Position numbers and translations under genes: made by a program | Shown: positions 52,203-60,197 of the stretch, piece by piece | Layout: the number at the start of each line of letters is the position of its first letter | Numbering within the stretch: position 1 is the stretch's first letter | The notes under the pieces: model-generated | Database searches by the model: none | The model's input: the letters and a program-made list of their open reading frames with translations, nothing else | Told to the model about the DNA's origin: nothing | Source of the DNA: Candidatus Bathyarchaeota archaeon | GTDB lineage: Archaea; Thermoproteota; CALKCG01; B24; DRYS01 | Direction: 5' to 3' | Assembly (NCBI GenBank): GCA_018396535.1 | Contig: JAGTQC010000009.1 | Span: forward strand, 1-60,197 | DNA: 60,197 nt

Positions 52203-53665
52203 AGAGTATGCACCCCCAGTTTAACATGCCTAAGCCTGACATCAGGGCTACCAAACCATACGGGTATACCCTGCATAGGTTCACCTTTACCACATAATCC
52301 AGCTTCAAATCTTAAATCACAGCCCTTAGCATCGATCTTAGAATAGAAATCGCTAGTCGTTATCTCTAGGATAGGATTTCTAACAGGCTCCCTTAATTCT
52401 CCACCTATTATTCTATAAGCTTCAAGCCCGACATATCTCTGATTCCACCTCTCATCATCTATATTCCACTCCATATACGATGATATATATACGCCATCAC
52501 GTATACCTTCTATTAACTCCTCTAAACTATAATCGCCGGGGGTTAGATACGTGTTACTCATCCTAACTATAGGTTCGCTACGATAATTTAAAGCTCTAGC
52601 AGATCCGTTACTTTCTACTCCGAAGACGTATGCCGTCCACCTATTGTGTAGAAAACCTTCTATCACACCTTCACGATAGAGGTATTTCTCTCCAGCAGCT
52701 ACGCATTCATCATCGTATAGATAGAAGCCGAAGCTTCCAGGTATAGTAGGATCATCCACTACGGTAGCATGTATAGAGCCGATTCTAGCACCTTTCATCG
52801 AAGGTTTTATAAAGCTTAACCCAGCTTGAGCAGCCTCTCTACCTAAAATCCTATCTGCCTCACATGGGTGGCCGCAGCTTTCGTGGACAATTAAACTCGC
52901 CACCTCACTTCCAACCACTACATCTACGATCCCACTAGGAGGCTTAACACTTTCGAGTAGAACTTTTTCAAGTCTACGAGATTCTTCGATAATATTCTCA
53001 TCTATATGCTGTTCTCTAAACTTCTCTAAACCACCTGAAAAACCATATTCATTAATCCTCTGTATAGATCCCTTGATAGGATCACGTAGGATGATGTTAT
53101 ACCGTAGTGATAGCCGTGGAATCCTACTACTAACAAACCCTCCATCACTATTTACTATAAGCTTCTCCTCGATCATCTCCATATACTCTGCTGAGAATAT
53201 CTCTAACTCTACATTCTTCACAGTATCCCTTAACATAGAGTATATTGATTTATGAAGTGAAAACTTATCCGATATATCGTGTGCATCGAAAGACTCCTTC
53301 TCTTTCACCTCATATCTAACAGATCCAAGTCTAGCTTTAGAGAAGCATATAGGTCTCCGCATATACTTACTCGAAGCTCTAGCTGTACTCAAGGCATAAT
53401 CTATACATTTAGAGATAGATTCATCATCCATACTATTAGTCGATGAAAAGCCCAAGGCTCCATCTACTAATACTCTTATAGCTAGCCCCTCATCTATCCT
53501 CTCATCTACCTTAATAGGTATGCCATTCCTAGATGATATCGATACCACTATATTCCTCTGAATACGTGCCTCAGAGTATGATGCTCCAAGTCTACGTGCC
53601 TCATCTACTATAGCCTCTAGTTTATCTTCCAAATCAGGACACCTAGCACATCTAGCTAGCATCAA
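52199..53665 (-). CDS. tldD: TldD family metalloprotease
   Basis: HESCGH, YDDE, RMSN, CGKGEPMQ; true start may be TTG near 53632. Confidence 0.9.
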   Translation of the reverse strand: MMLARCARCPDLEDKLEAIVDEARRLGASYSEARIQRNIVVSISSRNGIPIKVDERIDEGLAIRVLVDGALGFSSTNSMDDESISKCIDYALSTARASSKYMRRPICFSKARLGSVRYEVKEKESFDAHDISDKFSLHKSIYSMLRDTVKNVELEIFSAEYMEMIEEKLIVNSDGGFVSSRIPRLSLRYNIILRDPIKGSIQRINEYGFSGGLEKFREQHIDENIIEESRRLEKVLLESVKPPSGIVDVVVGSEVASLIVHESCGHPCEADRILGREAAQAGLSFIKPSMKGARIGSIHATVVDDPTIPGSFGFYLYDDECVAAGEKYLYREGVIEGFLHNRWTAYVFGVESNGSARALNYRSEPIVRMSNTYLTPGDYSLEELIEGIRDGVYISSYMEWNIDDERWNQRYVGLEAYRIIGGELREPVRNPILEITTSDFYSKIDAKGCDLRFEAGLCGKGEPMQGIPVWFGSPDVRLRHVKLGVHTL

Positions 53666-53689
53666 CTAGTTAAAAATTCTATAGGTATT

Positions 53690-56596
53690 CTACTCTACGT
53701 AGATAGCCGGCCTCCATGGAATAGATCTAGATGCTCTCCCTGTTGGATCATAAACATCCCCCTCCCCCTCTACGTATATTTCAACCCTGCATTTCAACTC
53801 CCTCTCTAGGAATGGTTTAGCATCCTCCAGATACCTCCTCAATACATCTAGGTTTATCCTAGAATACAATTCGACTTTAACTCTACCAAGTCTCATAGCT
53901 TCTCTAACAATCTCTGAAGCTAGTCTACTAATCCTATCCATATATCCTTTAAGCTCTGGATCAACCCTACACTTATCGATAAGCCCCCTCACATCTATGG
54001 AGCCTAGTTTAAACATTTCTGCAGCGTAGGATGCAACCCTCCACTTATAGGGTGAGGATAGATAGTAGCATATCCTCGAAGCAGGCTTCTTCATAAGCTT
54101 CAAGATCTCTCTACTATCTGATAGAAGACTTCTAAGCATATCTTCACATGCTTCTACCACTATATCCCTAAGACTTGGTGATGGTGATGGATAGATTTGG
54201 GTAGACGCCATCCCGCCTCCTCCTAATATGCTCCAAACCTCCTCAGCTGTAAACGGAGCTAGTGGAGCTAGGAGTAGAGCTCTAACCTTCCATAAACTCT
54301 TCAAGACAGCTTTAGCTACATCATCTAGACCCCCATCTACACTAACCCTAAGCTTATACCAAGATATATCGTCATCCAACCCATAGATTACGCTTTGAAC
54401 AGCATCCCTAACCTCTAATTCCTCGAGAGCCCTCCTAGCTTCATCTATCCTCGCTTGAAGCCTACTTAATATCCACCTATCTATTACCCTAAGCCTATCC
54501 ATCACAGAGTCCAACTCAGCTGCACTCTTAAGCTCCTCTGCATCCTTGATAAACCTCTCTAGCCAAGCTTTAAACGATAGAGCGATACTATGCTTAAAAT
54601 CTACATCTTGTAGTAGGCTTGCAGCGGATAGGAGCGATAGTCTTAGAGCATCCGCTCCATACTCCTTTATAGCGCTCCTCAACGGTATTATATTACCCAG
54701 GCTTTTAGACATCTTCTTCCCCTCCATCATAACGCTTCCGTTAACAACGATCTGTCTAGGCCACATCCTCTCATCGAATATCGCTACATGGTTGAATAGG
54801 AAGAATGCTAGATGGTTACTCACTAGGTCTCTACCTGAATGCCTACTATCGAGTGGATAGAAGTATTCGATCTCTATTCTTATAGATTCCAAGATATCTC
54901 TAGGTATACCGGTAGATTTTGATACACTATCTACATCCCCTCTCCCTAGGATTACGTAGTCGAAGAACTCTGGCTTCATACAATCTGGTTTAATACCATA
55001 TAGATTCACATACTTAGATATGAGGTAGTATACCATGTAGATCGTACTATCCGATAAGGATTCTATAATCCAATCAGGATTCCATGGAAGTCTAGTACCT
55101 AGCCCAATCCTCCTCGCACACGCCTTCTCCCTAAGCCAATCTACGACGTTATGAAACTCCGCCTTTAGTACCTCTGGTTTTATACTCATACTATCTATGA
55201 GTTTATGAACAACCCTCTTCCACTCTGGATCACCGTAGTCTATAAACCATTGATCCTCGAGTATCTTAACCATGCATAAAGCTCCACACCTACAGTATAC
55301 TGGATGATTCATTATATCGTAGATGTACGATGCTAACCCCCTAGATCTAAGATCATCAGATATCCTAACCCTAGCTTCAGATACTGGTAGACCACCATAT
55401 ATCGGTATATCATCCCTCATGAACCCTCTATGATACTCAGCTCTGTAAACATCCTGCGTAGCATCTTCAAGCTTCGGATCTCTCTGATCCATTACACGAT
55501 ACTTCTCTACCACATCCCTAGCAGGTATATCAGAGTAGCCTTCCACACGTATAACAGGTTTTATATCGATAGCATCGATTACCCTCTGCTCCACCCCATC
55601 TACACCCTTAGCTTTAACCTCCATTAAGGCTACATAGTCGTATGGCGCATGAGCTGGTACGGACATAACTATACCTGTACCATGAGTAGGATCGACGAAG
55701 TCTGCTGGTAGTATAGGTATAGCCATACCCGTAGCAGGATTTAGAGCAGTTAATCCTACTATATCCGATCCTCTAAGTACCTCACAAGCTTCTACACTCC
55801 TATTCTGCAATCTAAGCTTCTCTAGAGCTTTAACGCTAACTATCCAGTATTCCCCGTCAACTTTAGCCTTAACATACTCTCCACTAGAATTCACCCATAG
55901 ATTAACAGCTCCGAATACTGTTTCAGGTCTAAGAGTAGCTGCAGGTAGTATCGTCCCATCGCTAAGCTTAAAGTATAGTAGTGTGAAGGTACCTATCTCC
56001 GGCTCCACATCACCCTGCGTATCATGCTGACCTACAGGTCCAGAGCAGCTTGGACACCACCCTACTGGATGACTACCCTGCTTAACATACCCTCTCTCCC
56101 TCAGCTTTAAGAATTGCCATTCTATAAACCGGCTATATTGAGGATCTATAGTCGTAAACTCTCTCCTCCAATCTATCGAATACCCCATCTCCTCCATGCC
56201 GCGTTTAATCTCCTCATGGAAGTATCTAGCTACCTTTACAGGTTCATCGAATCCATCTACTACGGATTCAGGAATACCGTAGACTTCTACGAAGAGTTTT
56301 CTAAGCTCTCTATCCCCTCCCTTAAGTCTCTTAACCATAGCTACTATAGGTGTCCCTGTATAATGGAACCCCATAGGGAATAGTACATTGAACCCGCACA
56401 TACGCTTGTACCTAGCATATACGTCTGCTATCGTATACGTCCTTCCATGACCTATATGCTGCGGGCTATTAGGGTATGGGTAGGCTACGGTTATGAAAAA
56501 TTTAGGCTTACCAGGTTTAGGATCAGCTTCAAATATCTTAGACTCCCTCCACTTCCTAATCCACTTATCTTCGATAGAATCCACATTTATTTTCAA
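53690..56596 (-). CDS. leuS: Leucyl-tRNA synthetase (archaeal type)
   Basis: YPYPN..HIGH, ATLRPET, GIVMSVPAHAP editing motif, KMSKS. Confidence 0.97.
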   Translation of the reverse strand: MKINVDSIEDKWIRKWRESKIFEADPKPGKPKFFITVAYPYPNSPQHIGHGRTYTIADVYARYKRMCGFNVLFPMGFHYTGTPIVAMVKRLKGGDRELRKLFVEVYGIPESVVDGFDEPVKVARYFHEEIKRGMEEMGYSIDWRREFTTIDPQYSRFIEWQFLKLRERGYVKQGSHPVGWCPSCSGPVGQHDTQGDVEPEIGTFTLLYFKLSDGTILPAATLRPETVFGAVNLWVNSSGEYVKAKVDGEYWIVSVKALEKLRLQNRSVEACEVLRGSDIVGLTALNPATGMAIPILPADFVDPTHGTGIVMSVPAHAPYDYVALMEVKAKGVDGVEQRVIDAIDIKPVIRVEGYSDIPARDVVEKYRVMDQRDPKLEDATQDVYRAEYHRGFMRDDIPIYGGLPVSEARVRISDDLRSRGLASYIYDIMNHPVYCRCGALCMVKILEDQWFIDYGDPEWKRVVHKLIDSMSIKPEVLKAEFHNVVDWLREKACARRIGLGTRLPWNPDWIIESLSDSTIYMVYYLISKYVNLYGIKPDCMKPEFFDYVILGRGDVDSVSKSTGIPRDILESIRIEIEYFYPLDSRHSGRDLVSNHLAFFLFNHVAIFDERMWPRQIVVNGSVMMEGKKMSKSLGNIIPLRSAIKEYGADALRLSLLSAASLLQDVDFKHSIALSFKAWLERFIKDAEELKSAAELDSVMDRLRVIDRWILSRLQARIDEARRALEELEVRDAVQSVIYGLDDDISWYKLRVSVDGGLDDVAKAVLKSLWKVRALLLAPLAPFTAEEVWSILGGGGMASTQIYPSPSPSLRDIVVEACEDMLRSLLSDSREILKLMKKPASRICYYLSSPYKWRVASYAAEMFKLGSIDVRGLIDKCRVDPELKGYMDRISRLASEIVREAMRLGRVKVELYSRINLDVLRRYLEDAKPFLERELKCRVEIYVEGEGDVYDPTGRASRSIPWRPAIYVE

Positions 56597-56689
56597 ACCC
56601 TAGCTACACCCTTCCAGATTCTGCATCAGAGACAAAGGGGATGAAGAGATAAAGATATAAATCTATCTCGTATATCTCCATCTAAGGCT

Positions 56690-58015
56690 ATGAATCTAGG
56701 AGATGTAACATCGAGATATATGGAGCGAACACCTGGATCTCGTCTACTATACGAGAGAGCTGTGAAGGTTATCCCCGGGGGTGTATCCCATAATATAAGA
56801 TTCTTCGATCCATACCCATTCTATACCGTTAAAGCTAAGGGTGCATACATATGGGATGTAGATGGTAATAGGTATTGCGACTACTGGATGGGTCATACAG
56901 GATTGATACTAGGGCATTCACCAGATGTAGTCGTGGACGCTCTGATGAAGCAGATAGAGTATGGTACACACTTTGGTACAGCGAATAAGTTAGAATTGGA
57001 GTTAGCGGAGAAAGTTATAGAAATCGTTCCATGCGCTGAGATGGTACGCTTCTGTAATAGTGGAACAGAGGCAACTATGTATGCTGTGAGGTTAGCTAGA
57101 GCATATACAGGACGTAAACGTATCGTAAAGATAACGGGTGGATGGCATGGAGGAAATACTCTACTGAATAAATGTGTATCTCTACCATTGGATAAGCCTG
57201 AATCTACTGGTATAGCTCCAGAGGAGCAGATGTATGTAGATGCTATACCATTCAACGATCTAGAAGCATTTAGAAGAATATTATCCGATAAGAGGGGGGA
57301 GATAGCATGTATAATAATGGAGCCTATGCTTAAAGGATGCATACCAGCAGATAGAGAATATTTGAAGGGTCTTAGAGAAGAATCGTCTAGAAACGATGTA
57401 GTATTGATATTCGATGAGGTTATAACAGGCTTTAGGTTAAGCCTAGGAGGGGCTGAGGAGTATTATAATGTAGAAGCAGATATGGTTACTATGGGTAAGA
57501 TACTCGGTGGGGGATTACCTATCGGTGCTGTAGCAGGTGTATCAGATATAATGGAGAGAGCTAATCCTAGAAAGTATGGTAAGGGAGAGTTATGCTGGAT
57601 AGGGGGAGGAACCTTTTCAGCTAACCCACTCACGATGACAGCGGGTCTAGCTACTATAAGATTCCTAGAAGAGAATAAGGAGAGGGTATACGGTAAGATA
57701 GGTAGATTAGGAGATGAAGCCCGCAAACAGATAGACAAGCTATTTAGAGATCACGGTATCAAACACTCAGTCGTAGGGTTAGGTTCCCTCCTAAACATGT
57801 TTATTACTAGTGAAGATATAGAGATTAGGAGATACGAGGACTTCAAGCATATAGATCATGCATCTACATCGAGATTCTACAAGGCATTGATGTTGAAGAG
57901 TATATTCTTCCTACCAGAACATACAGGAGCTATATCCTACGCTCATAGTGACGGTGATATAAAGTATCTAATAGAATCGACCGAGGAAGTCCTAGTAGAA
58001 CTGAAGCAATCCTAA
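56690..58015 (+). CDS. Class III aminotransferase, glutamate-1-semialdehyde aminomutase-like
   Basis: NSGTEA, FDEVITGFR, MGKILGGG, GTFSANP. Confidence 0.88.
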   Translation: MNLGDVTSRYMERTPGSRLLYERAVKVIPGGVSHNIRFFDPYPFYTVKAKGAYIWDVDGNRYCDYWMGHTGLILGHSPDVVVDALMKQIEYGTHFGTANKLELELAEKVIEIVPCAEMVRFCNSGTEATMYAVRLARAYTGRKRIVKITGGWHGGNTLLNKCVSLPLDKPESTGIAPEEQMYVDAIPFNDLEAFRRILSDKRGEIACIIMEPMLKGCIPADREYLKGLREESSRNDVVLIFDEVITGFRLSLGGAEEYYNVEADMVTMGKILGGGLPIGAVAGVSDIMERANPRKYGKGELCWIGGGTFSANPLTMTAGLATIRFLEENKERVYGKIGRLGDEARKQIDKLFRDHGIKHSVVGLGSLLNMFITSEDIEIRRYEDFKHIDHASTSRFYKALMLKSIFFLPEHTGAISYAHSDGDIKYLIESTEEVLVELKQS

Positions 58016-58584
58016 CCTTTATACCTACCGATACGACGAGCTGAGGAGGCAAGAATGTATCCAAGCGGTATCGTATAAGCAGCTAGCGATGAATTGAATA
58101 CAGCTATAAGCGGTAAATACGCTAATACTACATGAATAGGTAGAGCATACCCTATCGGTGGAGGCTGCTGGAGACACATATAGTTTACTACACTCATTAT
58201 AGCAACCCTAAAAGCTATACCAGCTATAGTCATAATTAGGATGGAGAAACCCCATTTAATACCTGGATTCCTCTTTAAACCCCTCCTAATAACCCATAAA
58301 CCTATAAGCATACTAGTTACGGCTGCTAGATTATATAGCGGACCAGTAGGAAGCATACCTGGAAAAAACGCTAGGAGAGCTATCGTATTTATCAAAGCTA
58401 TAGAGAACCCTATCTTAAACCCATATAGAACGAATGCAGCTACTATCGGAACCTCCCAGAATTGGTAGTATAGGAACGGCGCATAGGGTGCTGGAAACTT
58501 TAATGGAGAAAAATTTAGAATTAATGTTAAAGCAGCGAATACTATCACCACAGCTACTCTATAACTTCTACTAGTAGCTATCAT
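58012..58584 (-). CDS. ECF transporter S component
   Basis: 190-aa multi-TM protein with PYAPFLYYQFWEVP and PLIAVFN. Confidence 0.8.
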   Translation of the reverse strand: MIATSRSYRVAVVIVFAALTLILNFSPLKFPAPYAPFLYYQFWEVPIVAAFVLYGFKIGFSIALINTIALLAFFPGMLPTGPLYNLAAVTSMLIGLWVIRRGLKRNPGIKWGFSILIMTIAGIAFRVAIMSVVNYMCLQQPPPIGYALPIHVVLAYLPLIAVFNSSLAAYTIPLGYILASSARRIGRYKG

Positions 58585-58628
58585 ACTATACCAACTCTTA
58601 TTATGGTAGATTCTACACTCCTATTTAA

Positions 58629-58668
58629 CTCTACTCATTTATGAATACTTACTCATAAATGAGTAGAG
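58629..58668. repeat. Perfect 16-bp inverted repeat with 8-bp spacer
   Basis: CTCTACTCATTTATGA-atacttac-TCATAAATGAGTAGAG. Confidence 0.9.
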
Positions 58669-58707
58669 AAAACCTTAATTCCAGATACAGAACTTAGATA
58701 AGATGAA

Positions 58708-58814
58708 GCGGGGGTAGCAGAGCCAGGCTAAATGCGCGGGACTCAAGACTATAAAGAGTGGGTTATCCCGTGGGCGTAGGCCCTACGTGGGTTCAAATCC
58801 CACCCCCCGCACCA
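58708..58814 (+). tRNA. tRNA-Leu(CAA) with 17-nt intron at position 37/38 (58748-58764) and encoded CCA
   Basis: Acceptor GCGGGGG/CCCCCGC, anticodon stem CGGGA/TCCCG with CT-CAA-G^A, long variable arm, GTGGG-TTCAAAT-CCCAC, ACCA. BHB motif: CUCA/UGGG helix with AGA and UUA bulges. Confidence 0.95.
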
Positions 58815-58934
58815 ATCATTTTAGGCTTGTTTTCAGCTGTTTTTGAGTAGGAAGTGAGCTTAATTCTTGCTTTGTTTTTGCCTGGATTTCTATTTTTTCT
58901 TCTCGGTTTGAACCCACACTTTAAATATTCCGGA

Positions 58935-59318
58935 ATGCATTACTGTTGAGGACCCTTATATAGGCTTTCATAGGAAAGGCCTGAACGGGTGTTTAAGGGT
59001 AGACTGAGAGTAAGGCACAGATAATTTATAGGTTTATTGAGGAGGATCGTGATAAGGCCTCCTTTGTACGTGAGATTGCATATCTTCTCGCTGATAGGGG
59101 GATTAGGCCGCTGGGCGTCATGTCTAACGTTAGGAGGCTTGAGCGTAAAGGCCTAGTCTATGTTAGGGGTTATAGGAGTGAGGGGTGCAAGACGCCTTTT
59201 AGGGAGGGCTATATTATCACCTGGATCGACCCATCCAAGCCTAGGGAGCAGGCCATATCAGAAGCCTTGAGAGACTGAGAGGATCCTTGCCGAGAAGTCT
59301 ACGCCGATAATTCAGTAA
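58935..59318 (+). pseudogene. Degraded winged-helix protein gene
   Basis: Stop-to-stop frame 59003-59278 reads ESKAQIIYRFIEEDRDKASFVREIAYLLADRGIRPLGVMSNVRRLERKGLVYVRGY...; no start at its 5' end; fragments in other frames on both sides. Confidence 0.65.
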
Positions 59319-59612
59319 GGGTGAGCCTCTGGAGGGTAATAAAGTTATCCGAGAGAAATATTATGGTGAAGGGTATCAGCCAGAAACCCAATAAAATGCT
59401 TATATGAGAGAGAAATATCCACACCCCCCTCCACCGGCTGGAAAACTTATAAAGGATGCTATTAACCTCCACCCCATATCTTTTAAGGACAAAATCCTAC
59501 CCAGAATATAAACCGCTAACCAGAAGGCTAGAATAAAGAGCGCAAAGACGAACTTTAGGAAAAGGCTTATTCTTGTAGTCGGACATTAACGTTAAGCTTG
59601 GAGGAAAGTGTA

Positions 59613-60197
59613 ATGAGGGTAGCTGTTAAAGTAAATGGGCTCACAAAGAGGTTTGGCGATAAAACCGCAGTAGACAAAGTTAGTTTTAATGTTGGGTTTG
59701 GTGAGGTTTATGGGATTCTCGGACCGAATGGTGCTGGAAAATCAACCCTAATCTCGATGATTGCTGGTGTGATCGAGCCTGATGAAGGAACTATTGAGGT
59801 GCTTGGTGGCGAAGTGAGGGATTCGGAGATTAGGGCTAAGATTAATTATTGCCCTCAGAACCCCGCCCTATATGACGATTTAACTGGTTTAGAGAATTTA
59901 ATATTTTATTCTAGCCTATATGGGATAACTGGGAGGAGGGCGCTGGAGAAGGCTAGGGAGCTAATAAAGAGAGTTGGGTTGGAGGGGTATGCGAATAAGC
60001 CAGTGAAAATCTATTCTGGCGGGATGAAGAAGAGGTTGAATCTTGCCGCTGCATTAATGAATGAGCCAAGATTACTCATATTAGATGAGCCGACAACGGG
60101 CATGGACCCGCAAATGAGGAGGGAGGTCTGGCAGCTGCTGAGTGAGATTAAGGATTCAGATAGGGCGATAATAATCTCAACGCATTATATGGATGAG
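59613..60197 (+). CDS. ABC-2/DrrA-type ABC transporter ATP-binding protein, truncated by the window end
   Basis: Not in the ORF track. GGAGG SD, ATG 59613, GPNGAGKST, YSGGMKKR, LILDEPTTGMDP, STHYMDE. Confidence 0.93.
   Translation, partial: MRVAVKVNGLTKRFGDKTAVDKVSFNVGFGEVYGILGPNGAGKSTLISMIAGVIEPDEGTIEVLGGEVRDSEIRAKINYCPQNPALYDDLTGLENLIFYSSLYGITGRRALEKARELIKRVGLEGYANKPVKIYSGGMKKRLNLAAALMNEPRLLILDEPTTGMDPQMRREVWQLLSEIKDSDRAIIISTHYMDE

Noticed and set aside
58905-58919. GGTTTGAACCCACAC as a relic att copy of the tRNA T-arm
   Set aside because: The match needs several mismatches and a gap, so it is too weak.
1-60197. CRISPR array, rRNA, intact transposase/integrase, or amber (TAG) recoding
   Set aside because: None seen. 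TAG codons fall at the expected ends of conserved proteins, so they are true stops.

Overview
Archaeal chromosomal window, most likely TACK/Thermoproteota (possibly Bathyarchaeia-like). The call rests on TFS, Pus10-rpl21e-rpoF-DUF655 synteny, an ESCRT-III/CdvB-type gene, archaeal-type LeuRS, TATA promoters and an intron-containing tRNA-Leu(CAA). Left to right it holds: a truncated coiled-coil gene, a non-canonical TFS, a MoxR/VWA module, thrB-thrC-hom, hypC-B-A-D and an aldolase. Next comes a three-gene operon (soluble coiled-coil protein, 1559-aa surface protein, FtsX/MacB-type permease) whose members all carry a CdvA/SHOCT-like cytoplasmic helical motif, with a clan-CD protease and an ESCRT-III gene close by. 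Then follow AOR, proC, a large sugar-catabolism cluster, a P-type ATPase, a degenerate Pus10 in its usual operon, TldD/E, leuS, a class III aminotransferase, an ECF S component and tRNA-Leu. After the tRNA the sequence signature changes, with a pseudogene and a truncated ABC ATPase, suggesting an island. The best candidate for an undescribed system is the CdvA-like triad plus ESCRT-III (11.5-23.4 kb). All family calls come from reading motifs by eye; no searches were run.
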